64,000 nucleotides of DNA from assembly GCA_964270895.1 (NCBI GenBank), contig OZ185439.1, one strand, 5' to 3'. The notes under the pieces are model-generated. The model was not told the origin of the DNA, did not search any database, and was given only the letters and a program-made list of their open reading frames with translations. This document shows, piece after piece, positions 1 to 12,939 of this stretch (positions within the stretch are counted from its first letter, which is position 1; each line of letters begins with the position of its first letter). The translations under genes were made by a program, and so were the position numbers. Source of the DNA: Podarcis filfolensis. Taxonomy: Eukaryota.

Positions 1-232
1 AACAAAAGAATGCAGTGTACCATTTAACTGGAAGCCATAGTACAATATACAGTCAGCTACAAAAGTGACTCCTCAATTCTAATTTTGGGTAGCAGAAAAT
101 TCTGGTGGAGAACATCTGCCTGAGCAGCAGGATATACATGATGCCTCAGACAAGACATAGGAAATCACAACATGGCTGCCCCACTGTGCCTGGTTTCCCA
201 TCAGACGTGAGGCAGTATGGATGATGTCTTTA

Positions 233-451
<219 letters not shown>

Positions 452-2871
452 TTATTTGTTCAGGTCCTACACTCTGAAGCGGCAAAAGAATAAATTTGCT
501 GCACCTTCTATGCGATAACCTTTCAAATATTTTAATATTACCTCTTAATAATCTCTTTTCCAGGTTAAACCACCCAAACCCTTCACACTTAATTTTATTA
601 CAAATTAATCGTTGTCCACAAATGTGGAAGAGCTTCTTAGCTACACTGAAGGTGGCTGTGAGGCCTCTCCATAATAAACATTTTTTTTTATTCTTACACA
701 ACTAGCATATGTCTCAAATTTATTTTTTGGGGGAACATGGTTGGGTAGGGGATAGATAACTCTTGTGACTCCTGGATGAAGCTGATTATCTGGATTCATT
801 TTGATCTGGTTTCTAGTAGTCTTGGGACAAATCTGCTTTTAGGACAAGGCCTTTACTGTAGTCACCCTTGAACTCTGAAATGTTCAGTTTTCTTATCTTT
901 GTCTTCTTTCCAAAGGCAGTACTTTTTGAGAGCTATGCCCTCTGCTGTTTTATTTGAGTATTTTGTATTTTAGCTTAATAAAGGTTGCTCTGAATAGATA
1001 CAGATCCCACCAGTAAAAATACAGTAAATAATTAAGTCACAAATGTTGGGATGCAGCCCCACGTTATCTCAACGAGGATAATTCAAGAAATAATCTTGTG
1101 GCACCTTAAAGACTAACAAATATATTATGTCATAAACGTTCACAGACTACAGTCCACTATCAGATACATGAAGTGTTATCCTGGGTTGCAGGTAGATAGA
1201 TAGGTACACTTTCAAATTTCTTCTAGCATTTTCATATCTCTCTTTCCCCAATGCATACAAAATTGGAGGTAACATTTTCTAACCTCAAGTGCTAACCACA
1301 GTACCAATAACGTTCCTTATTTTGCATATAAAGCTTATGCTAAAAGACCACAGTATTCCCTGCCTCAATTCTGAAAGTACTTAAGTCACATGCAGGCAGT
1401 GTGCAGGATGACATTAGAGAGCAAACTGCAACTCTAGTACTGAGAATGCCTAACTCAGTTACTGCTCCAGCCACAAACCACTGAGTAGAACTTATAAAGC
1501 AGTATAAGCAGGGTTTCAAGTGGCATCTCATATGGAGGCTAAAAGAATATATGATGGGCCACAATGAAAGAACAAATCAGAATAAAACTAAAAAAAATAC
1601 ATCCATTTTTTTCTGATTCAATTATAAGTATACACTTCCCCTGATATGGTCCCAATCCAATCACCCCTCTCCACAGCTGTTATTTGCCCCAGATGAGAAC
1701 TGTGATTGGCATATCAGGATTGGGACTGTGGCTGGGGAAAAGGATTTTTTTGGCTTTGGGCTACTAAGGCATTTGATAAATTTTCAGTAGGCTGGTTTGC
1801 ATGTAATGCTAAACCATGGTCTATTAAACCATAACCTAGCATTATGTGTGAACCCTGGCTAGCAGCTTAACCATGGTTTGTTTACTGCCAACAATGATTT
1901 AAAGCTGTATTTTTTTATTGGCTTCTAAAACTTGATTTGTATTAACTATGGCTTGGTGATGTGCGTGAACCCAGCACCCCTCCTAAATCACCGCACCACA
2001 AATCCTCACCAGGCTACAAAGGCATGACAGAAAGAGCAGCTGGGGGGGACGACACCAAACTTTGGAGAAATTAGTCATGATTTGTTTGACCTATGAGACT
2101 TGTGGTTCATTAAACAAACTATACCTGAGTGTTATGTGTGCACCAGATAAGAGCAATGGATCCAAAGATCAGACCTGGTTTTCCAAATGAACTTGCAAAT
2201 CTCTTGAGCAGATTCAGCTTTGTAGCTGAATCTGAACAAGTTGCAAGAATTGTGATATGCCCAAAAAATTAATAGGGTGCAGAATGGATAAAAATCTGGA
2301 TATTTCTAGAATTAAAAAAATAGCAGGGAAACACTATGTTACATCCCACTAACAATTTAATAGAACAAAATCCCACTCAGTGTGTACAGAAATGTAATAA
2401 AAATAAATTTTTATCTTAAAAAATACATTTCAATTCCTTTTTAAATAAAAATAACTAGCGTACAATGCAGACAAAAAACATGTTTATGTTGAAAGAACCA
2501 AATTCAACAACAGTGTAAGATATTTGTGAGAAACAACTGAGAGACAACCAAGTACCAAGCCAGTTTTTTAGTTCACCAGATGTTTTCTCCAGGATGGATA
2601 TTAAGCAAATAACAACTAAAGAGTGTGTGCATGTGTGAGAAAGAAAGCAAGATGAAAAAGCTTGTCCAGTTTAAACAGATTTAAGATGAAATGGAAGTGC
2701 TTTGTGTATAGGCTAAGCAAGGCTGATGGACTGTTCATACTGGAGTAGTCAATATGCCTGGCCTTTCTCAGTCATGTCAGATGCAAGAGCGAGGAATAGA
2801 CAGAATTAGAATCCATTTATATCAGGAGCATATGGACTACGTAAGGAACCCATACCCTGCGGAACAGCTGA

Positions 2872-3046
2872 AGGAACACAGGAAGCTATCTTATAACATG
2901 TCAGACCATTGAACTGCCAAGTTCATTACAGTCTTTAATGGCTGGCAACAGCTCTTTAGGATTTCAGGCAGGGAGTCTTCCCCAGCTCTACCTGGAGATC
3001 CCAAGAACCTTCTGCCTGCAACTCCAATGCTCTACTACTCAAGTAG
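2872..3046 (-). mobile_element. Decayed tRNA-derived squamate SINE (Squam3-like)
   Basis: Reads ggaagctatcttata...gtcagaccattg...ggctggcaacagctct...tttcaggcagggagtc...ccagctctacctggagat...gaaccttctgc, the reverse complement of the copy at 50870-51052. Confidence 0.7.
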
Positions 3047-4564
3047 GCAAGGAGTTCCAGATTCAAGCCACTGATATAGCCTCTCAGCAGTCCCTGTTGG
3101 GAGATGTTCAGACTGGCACACCTGAGTAAGTGCTGTGTCATCCAATCAGGGAAAATGCTGAATTGATCGGCATAATTAGCTAGCTGCTGTTTATTGTACC
3201 AGAGCTCATCATGTATTTTGCCCTCAGTGCCAACTGACTGCTTCACTTACTGTAGTAATCAGGCCATTTGCAAACTCTGAGGAGCCTACCCACTACCTTC
3301 ATTTGAGCATGGAGCCATTACAGACCCTGAGCTCTAATAATAAGCCAACCCTTTCCAGGTCAGAGTTCCCATCTTGAGACCAGTGAGAACTGGCGGATGG
3401 GATTAGTGCCATCCACACTGACAAAAAACAAAGACATCTGTTGCTGCAAATGAAAACTTTTATTGCACAGTATCAGATATTTCAATTTACAGAATCTCAC
3501 TTTTCTACAAGGTAGCTGGATTGATATATATGGCTAGAATCACAATAGTCGTAACTGCTGGTCTTGCTTTAGGCTTCACTTGAGATCTGCATGGCACTGG
3601 GGGTGGAATGTGTCCTGTTCTCTGCACCTGGAAAATCGAAGAGACAAACGGAGAGCACTAAAGTAATAGTCAGCATAGTCTCTGGAGCTATATGTGTAAC
3701 AGGTGTTTGTGAAGAGGCTATTTGAGTGAGTGCTGTCACCTAGGTGCTCATCCAATACCCTCAGCCTTAACCTCCCTCCCTCTGTTGAGTGAGAAAGTGT
3801 AGAAACTGAGACAATACCTACCTCTCTTTTAGGGAGTTACAACAGAACTCTGGGTACTGCATTTGTCCTGTTCCATGTGTCCAGGCTGTCACGATCCTGT
3901 ATGACAAAAAGAATCATGAGCATGTGTTAATTGTTAGGGTCTGTCCTTCATTAATAGTGTTTTCTTGCATATGGGGGTTTCATGGCCACCAGGGCACCCC
4001 TTTCTGCATGTTTAGCCTTGTGCTTCTTTGTAAAGGTGTTTCTAGGTATGACGAGAAAAAGAATCCTTCCACCAATATAGGTTAGCCAAGATATAGCAAG
4101 GTTGCACTAGTTACACTTTGAAAAGATTCCCCTTTCCCCTTGCTTACCTCTTCAAGGTGCTTTGTTCTTGCATCCTTGGCTACAGATGAGAGGTGTTGTT
4201 GGCTGCTTGTGTCCTGAGGCGATATACCTGTATGGGTTCTAAGACAACAAGTATCGGCAATGTGTTCTGAGTCCAAGATGTTCGTGACAAGTGCTCCCTT
4301 TCTTTTATGTCAGGTGCTTTTTCTACATAGTTCCCATAACCAAAGTTCCCCCTTAATGCGGGAACCAAAGCTGTACAGCTCCATGCAGCAAATGCTATCA
4401 TCTGAGTTATGTTTGGGTGTTAGATGTTGGTAGGGATGTGCTGTGACTAAATGCAAACTTAGTTTGAATCCTATACTATGCCAGGGCAGAGTAGGGTAGT
4501 TTCTTGGTCTCCATTGAGCTTAATGGGTTAACTGAGTTATGACTTGCACCTCTTTTGTTGGTGT

Positions 4565-4635
4565 AATCATGGAATTGTAGAGTTGGAAGGCACCTCCAGG
4601 GTCATCTAGGCCAAGCCCCTGCAACGCAGGATGCC
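4565..4635 (-). mobile_element. CR1 LINE 3' end fragment
   Basis: aatcatggaattgtagagttggaaggcacctccagggtcatctaggccaagcccctgc matches the reverse-complemented CR1 3' terminus (catagaat tail, tagtccaacc motif); related copies at 14509, 43829 and 54244. Confidence 0.7.
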
Positions 4636-5804
4636 AGACTGATGTACCTATAGTAGACACAGGGGGTGTTTAGAATTTGACACCACTCCTATCCTCCCAT
4701 TCCACCATCCAGTTTTGGCTCCTCCAGTGACAGAGATGCACTTGCAACGATAAAAGCACTGCGGAAAATTTAATAATAAATAAAATCTCAAAACGCTAAC
4801 TGATTTCATGAGGAGTAAGCCCCCGCTAAGTACTCCTCGGTAAGTGTATTTAGGATCTTCTCTATCCCATCTTAAATGTTCAGTTGCAGACATGAGCTCT
4901 CTCATCACAATCATCAACATCTTCCCCCATCCCTTTTGACTTAATATCCAGCCTGAAAAAGAGATCTGGTGAACCTGAAAGCTTGAACACTACCTTTGGG
5001 ATATTTCGGCTGGCCTAATAAATTATACTACTGTAAGTTCAGGTATTGTTCATACCAACAAATCTGCCACGCCTATACTTAGAAATCTGAAACTGGATCC
5101 ATGACCCTTCATCAAACAAATTGAATCAACACTTGTTTTTTAATGTAAAAAACAAAGCCACACAGGGAACAGGTCTGACTTTTGAAGTCAAGTATTAAAA
5201 TAATGACACAATTGGTAAAATGTTTTATTTAAATGTGTAGGATTCTCCTGGACCCAAGTACCAGTAAATCATTACAGGTACTACCATCTAGGAGGCATCA
5301 TCTGGTTATTTAGGTTGGAAGAATAGAGAGATGTATTAAAGGAATGCAAATTCCAGTACAGTACAGCTTTATCAAGTGCTGAAAAGACAAGCTTCTCCTA
5401 AGTCACAAATGTTCAGGAGGTTATTTCAAGTTCTAAATATTTGTGACTAAAATGAAACCTCTTGCAACCAGCAATGTTCCCCAGAAGAGCACCTGAGCAA
5501 TAAACCAAGCCTTCCCAAACCCAGTGCCCTTCTGATGTTGCTGGGGTATATTTCCCATCAGTCACAGCTAGCATGCCCGATTGTAAGGATAATGGGAGTT
5601 TTAATCCAACATATCTAGAGGACACCAAGCTGAAGAAAGCTGAAATATGTAGTGCTATCTCCCTCCACGTGATGCCTGCTTTTTCATCTTAGAGGGAGAA
5701 GTCGAACTCTATGTAGTTGACTCTGTACAGCCTTATGTACACAAATAAGAGAGGCAATCAGGGTTGCCAGTTCAGTATCACAGTGCACATGAGTTTATCG
5801 GCTA

Positions 5805-5922
5805 GCCTTCACCAACTTGGTGCCTTCCAGGATTTCTATCAGCCCCAGCCCGCATGATCAGTGGTAAGGGATGATGGGAGTTGTAGCTCAAAACATCTGG
5901 AGGTCACTAGGTTGGGGAAGGC
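5805..5922. mobile_element. Palindromic MITE (actacaactcccatca family), decayed
   Basis: Inverted ends gccttcaccaacttggtgccttccag / ctggaggtcactaggttggggaaggc; same core as the intact copy at 62528-62663. Confidence 0.7.
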
Positions 5923-8900
5923 ATTCTGCGTTAAGAGTCTTTGGCCTTTAAAGCAGAAAACAACACACACAGTCTGACACAGCAGAAGCATATCACTCTC
6001 TGCTGGCATGTCCTTGGGCAGACTGTTTAACTTGGCTGCTGTATTCAGATTCCCACTACCGGGGAGATGATTAGCCCAGCATTCAGTCAGCCTTCTTGAT
6101 ATATTACACACATCAAAACTACAGGAAAAACAAAAGAAGTGACAGAGTGCACAGCTGGTGCATACTAATTTCTGGATAGACGAGATCAGATCAGGTTCCA
6201 TTGATCAGCAGTCTAGAAGTGACTAATCCACTTCAAAGAGGCTCTAAAAGCACCATAAGGGTCATGGATAGATGGTCACTTTTTTTCCAAGCATGTTGTT
6301 ATCAGAAGACTACACTGGACAGTTCTGGGGAGAGGGTGTGAAAATTTTAGTAATCCTTTTGATTGATCTTGAGTTAACTGCTCCAAACTTTTACAGATAA
6401 GAGCACAGATTAGCTGGTAAGAAGCATTGTTACCCACCTGGTGGTAACTTCTGATCTTTAAGATGCCACTTCCTCAGGATGCCCCTTTGTGGTCTTGTGT
6501 TGCTATTTGATAAACTATTCCAAAGTTTTGTTTCCCTCTCAACAGGGGTCTGAGTATGTACAGTTAGGCTGCACACACAAAAAAGTGAATACTAAAGATA
6601 GAATGACCACATCCACTTTCTGTTCCTGTGCTAATTCCACAGGCACAAATCTCTGGAAGAGAAGGGAGGGCAAATCAGGGAAGCCAAGATGGAGGGATGG
6701 CTCAAACAACACGAGATTTCTCACTCTCAAGAAAAACTAACTCCAAATTCTAGGGTTGAAAAAATGCTTGTTTAGTCTAATCAAAAACTCTGGACTTTTA
6801 CTGGCTGACTTTCTCTCTCCCCCCCACCCCCCATAATTTCAACATACTACTACAGTATGGCTATAAAAATTAAACTCAAATTCCTATGAATGTGCAGCAA
6901 ACTTTTGATACTGCTCCTGAATGGGGAAGATGTAAGAAATCAGCATTTTTCAACACTAGCTTCCAGATTACAGGAATTTAGGATAATGTGATTTTTCTAG
7001 CCAGTTTATCCAGATTTGTACCACAGAAAGCACAGGCAAAGACACTCATTCTGATATGCCTGCAGATGTGATATAATGTGATGTTACTGTGGGTTTCAAT
7101 GATCACCTTCAGAAATATATATTTCTATTTTTAGCTGTATTCAGATGATCATATCTTGGCTTAATAAACCAAGATATGAATAAAGCTGGTACCAATGCAA
7201 GCAGCCACTTCCTTCATTGGTGCTTCTGAATGCAAGGTACAAGTCTTCAATTAGCAACAGTGTCCATCTCTTCCAACTGGGAACTCCCACAACCAGGTTC
7301 AGAACAAGCCAAGATCTTAAACCAACTGCCAACAACAGTTTGATTTTCTGGCTTGTTCCTGACTTGGTAATCATAGTTTTACAGTTCAGACAAAATGAGA
7401 AAAAATGGTTAACTGATGATATCCACTTTGTGTTCAGGTACACCATAAAGGGCAAGTTGCATGCGTGGGTAAAATTTTTGGGCATATCTTGGCTTATTAA
7501 CCCAATATATAATTGTCCAGACTGGACCAATCTGTCTGTAGAGAAAATAATGCAGGAAAAGTGATCAATCACTATTTCTCCAGCAAATATATTGGCTTAA
7601 ATCTCAAGTTATCAAGCTTCTGATTTTTTGGGGGGGGGGGGATTTTGGATCCCTTAAAGTCATTTATCTCTCAATACATTTTCCTAGGAAAATAGAAGAT
7701 TTCAGACCATGAGTGAAGACCAACCCTGATCATGCAGAGCCAGTGGTGGCTGGCCTATGGCTGGGAAGCATAGTTTTGCTTTTGTTTTAAAAGACAGCTA
7801 TGTGGGGCAAATACTCTTTACCAAAAAAATAATCATGTCATGGTTCAACAAAATTCCAGTGAAATCTGCATTAGAGGCAAATGATCTAAATATTTGAAAA
7901 ACACAATCTAAGCTAAGAAGTGCTAAGGAGACACCAATTATCTTTTCAAGGACGGGATCCAAATGCAACCACAGCTATGCTACTTTTGAAGTATCTGCTT
8001 CACCCTTGGCTCTAGCAGGCAGCCACATATTTTTTCTGTTGGAGACTCACAATATTCACATCACTCAAACAACAAGTTAGAGCAAAAATCAGAATGGAGT
8101 TCTAGGGGAGCAAATTCCAATCTTCTTCATCGCATTCTTAAAGAGCTGCCATTTAATAAGTATAAGGTATATCATGCACTGCATAACCTACGCCACACTA
8201 AGCAAGGCTACCTCCTCATTCCATTTCACTTCAAACCTCTTCTAAAAGCTGTTTTCCTGCTTCCTAGTTCCCCAGTTATAACCTTTACACCAAATGCAAC
8301 TTTTCTCAATAATAAAGAATACATCATGTTATAATGGAGCCACTTACAAATTATGCTGTGCAAACATGAAGATTCTCATTGCAACAAAGAAAGATATTGA
8401 ATTTGATATTGATATTGTAAAGTATATATAACACAGCTACAAAGTATCAGACTTCAGTATAAAACACTACCCTTCTCTGTTCTTTTAAGGGTGGAAAACA
8501 GACCCCTCTGATCTCAAGTCTGGTTAATACCGACTGTGGAGTAGCATTAACTATGGATAAGATGGGTGTCATGATAAACCTTTACCATAAGGCTTGCTTT
8601 GGCTGGGGAATTTGCATTGGAGAAGCGAAGGAGCATTATATCTTTTGGCCTGCTCCCAATCCCTTAACCTTCTTTAGTTACTGAGAGTGCTACAATGTCA
8701 AAGGCCCTGTAAGATCCAGTGCTTGAATATGCCCATTTTAAATGTTTGCCTATGCCACCTATGCTTCCACCATTTAAAACAGTTTCATTTCAAATTTTAT
8801 GTCATCCTACAAACATCAAAACAGCACTGCAGATTCCTTCTTAACAGTTTACCTGTGTTCCAAATAGCCCTACAACATAAGAACTTTGGATGGTGAATTT

Positions 8901-8934
8901 TCAGTTTCCCTCCCGTGCCCATGGATTTACTCAC

Positions 8935-9347
<413 letters not shown>

Positions 9348-11562
9348 TCAGCACTTGCTGTCTGGAGTACTGTAGAACCCTGGCAAAACACACAATATGC
9401 AACACATAGCATTATACTTAAAGAAAAGCAAATTATAAGGATGTATTTTTTCCACAGTAAGAAAACTACACCTCTCACATTAAAAACCCAAGTTCCATAA
9501 GAAAGCTCACATATGATTGCACAAGACTGGAAAACTAAATAGAAAGCAGACCGATGCGCACAGTTATGAAGACATTTTTTACAAAGGTCATGTAGACTTT
9601 ATTTATGAAAAGGAACATTACCGTGAAGTTTGCATGAGCAACATGTGATCCAAAAGTTAAATGTAACTGCAGACCATTTGCGTATTTTAGTACCTCATAC
9701 AGCAATAGGAATGGAGAGTAGTCCTCAACCTGCACTATCTTTGCATTAAGGCAGAATGCTGATAGATAAACCCAAGAAAAACATTCCAGATGTGCTCAGT
9801 GACATCATCACACATACAATTGGTTGAACGGCCACAGTGCTACAAAGTGCTCACTGTATGCTTGCAATTTTAGTTTGCTTTCAACCTAGGGTTTCAGTTC
9901 ACTTGCAAAATACTATGTCCAAGAAGGCCTAAGGCACAGGGAACTGTGAAGTCTTCCAGATATTGAAAATATTCAGTTTAACAAACTTGGCCTTTTGCTA
10001 GAACAAAGGCTGCAGCCATTTCACTATCTTCTAGATGTGCAATCTTATAACTTAGAGGCTATTCTTTCTATCCATCCCTTGCTCACACCTGTCTCGGGAA
10101 AATCTGATCAGCAGTGATAGTACAAGCTAGCCCCTATGCCCACCAGCAGGAGACAGGTATATACTGGGGCAAAAAGAGTAGGAGAAAGCTCCCAGTGTCA
10201 TAAATACTTTGGAGGAAGAAGGCAGTATGCCAATCACCTCTCCTATGCTAGTTATTAGCCTGGTAGAGTCAAGAGGGTGAGTCTTCCTTTCTTGGACATT
10301 CCCAGATGCAGGTCTACTGCTGCCACCCTTTCTTAGGAATTAGTGCATTTTGCCCATTATCACTGAAATACAAATAACCACCAAGGAGTTTGATCAAAGA
10401 TCCCTCTAACAAAACACAGATTACAGATAGAAATGAGACCTTCAGCCTTAGATTTTGAACTTTCTTGCATGTTACTATCTTAAATTCAAATTAAAAACTG
10501 AACAGGACAATTTTCTCTGTTGAGTGTAGGCCTCAGTCTTCTTTACATAAAGAGAATGTTGAAACCAATGCCCTTGTATTGGTTTGGGGCTGAAAAGTGT
10601 TAGTTATAAATGGAAGGTTATACAATGGCTATGAAAAAGGAGGGAGAATTCTACAATTGTGGCTGCACCTGTGTCAATGGCCTAGTTAGCATGCTGGCCA
10701 GAACTGCAACACAAACCTAGGCGCATTTACTCAGAAGTCAATCCAAAGCATGCACAGAATGTATGATATTTGCAAGGGATTTTATAAGAAAATTATTATT
10801 CCCTGTGTGCAAATGGTCAGAAAGCAAATGTAGATGAAACTGGCTGGTGCATTTCAGATGCTAACATTTTGTAAATACCAGCAAAGAGAAAGAAACAATT
10901 TAACAATGAATCACCTATTCAGTTCTTTTTTTATCCAACAATTAACTCGCCATCCTATCCCCACCTGACTACAGTCACCTCAGCATATGGAAAAAGGGTT
11001 TTATAGGCAGCGATTTCTTGTAACATTACATCAAATAATTTTATTGCTTTGCTAATTATTGGGTTGAACACCCTATTTCATCTCAGTTTGAGCTCTGTTA
11101 CTGAAACAGGGCTGCAAAATATATAGGATATTATCTAACCTTGGCATCACTTTGGAACTGGGTGGCAATTGTAAAAAACACACCAAGCTTAGGGGTTGGG
11201 GCGGGGTGCAGAAAGAATACAGTAACATTGGAGGTTGTAAGGTGGGTAAAGCTCTCCCCTTTCATATGCTTTTTGGTAATACCAGTCACGAGTATTCGCA
11301 GCATCATTGTGCCATAAGTTTCAACATATTATGCTTGAGATAATACTTACTGAAAGCAGAAACCTTGTATTGCCAAGGGGGGAGATTGACAAGTGGAAGG
11401 GGAAGCTATTTTATATCTGGAATGAATTTTCTTTTCTCACGGCCCATTCCTGTTCCCCAAATCTGGAAAAAAAACATTCAGGAAAAAAGGGCTATCAAAT
11501 AATATCTAGGCAAAATTAAACACTGAATTAAGACTGAATCAAAATTAAACACTGAATAAGCT

Positions 11563-11635
11563 ACTAGACTTGCACTACCTCACTACTACTACGACTTGCA
11601 CTACTAGACTTGCACTACCTAAATGCACTACCTCA
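11563..11635. repeat. Short imperfect tandem repeat (gacttgcactac x3 with ctac runs)
   Basis: Direct reading: ctactagacttgcactacctcactactactacgacttgcactactagacttgcactacct. Confidence 0.7.
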
Positions 11636-12939
11636 TTGCTAGTGAAATAGATGGAAAGAGGCATACTAGGTTAACACAGTGTACGAGACACAAAGTAAAT
11701 GTGGGCTTTTCTATCTTTTCTGTTCTTGACCCAAAGTCCATCTTACTCCTACTATGACATGCACTCAGAGAAACTACTGCTATGAAACCATTGAAAGACA
11801 ATGTTACTGTATTTCCTTATGGGGTGGGGGAACTTTTGTACAGATAGTGTACAAAGATAGTGAAAGAAGCAAAATGAAAGAGCTAATACAGGAAGAAATA
11901 CCCTAGAACTATTAGGTGCAGGGTGCTTGGGCCTTATTTATTAAAATATTTATATACTGCCTTTGGCAGAGGCATCTCAAGGAGATGTACAACAATATAA
12001 AATATTATACAAATGCAATCAAAATCATTAAAATACTTTCAGACAGACAATAAGAATATCCTTATAGAATCTTATAATGGCTGGCATCAGTAGCCAGCAA
12101 ATGTCATGATAAGCAAAGTTTTCAGCACGTGCCAGAACTGCTTTACTGTTGGCATGTGCCTTATTTTGGGGTGGGGGTGATGGGGAGAGACCATTTCATA
12201 GCGTGTGGCACTACAGAAAACATACACTTCCAAATGGATGCATGTTGGCATAACCAGGAGAACCTCTACAGATGATCCTCACCAGACATGTACTGTCATC
12301 TTAGCTCACTTAGTTTAAGACCACACTGACACTGGGATAGAATACACCAGCATGGCTAATTATCTCTTCTAGCACATCAGCCACACTTGCAGAGAAGATA
12401 AAACAGGGGTAGTCTGCGCTGGTGAAGCTGAATAAAATGTTGAAGCCATCTCCAAGTATGAGATCCAACTCTTTCACTATTTTAACTCAGACATATACAA
12501 AGCTGATGGCACTGATAGCGTTAGAAGGCAGATTACATAGATAAAATGATTAGCAACAGGAAGACACAGCAAAGGGTAGACACACTTATTGGAGAAGTCG
12601 ATGGGAGCAAAACCAGCAGTCGAATGTCTTACGGAAATAGTTTCAGAAAACCATCAGAGCAAGCATATATATTCCAAAATGCACTTTACATCCTAATTCC
12701 TAGTAATTTACTTCCTAATTCCAACTTTACTTCCTAATTAAGACCACAATCCTACGCTCCCTTATCTGGAAGCAAAAACCCAGCTGGACACAACAGGATA
12801 AATACACAGGACCTTATGGCAAAGGAATATAAAAGACTACAGCCTGCAATCCTAAAAGACACGCTAGGCACCAAGTCCCACTGAACTGAAACGGAGCTTA
12901 TAGCTGAGTAAACCTGTTTAGGAGCGAAGAGACGACCTA

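Noticed and set aside
2938-3246. 96-aa and 63-aa ORFs that look protein-like
   Set aside because: They run largely through a decayed Squam3-like SINE.
4800-4920. Possible C/D snoRNA (GTGATGA then CTGA on the - strand) and a small GAGGAGTA...TACTCCTC hairpin
   Set aside because: No terminal D box at a suitable distance and no terminal stem; the 8-bp hairpin is within chance expectation.
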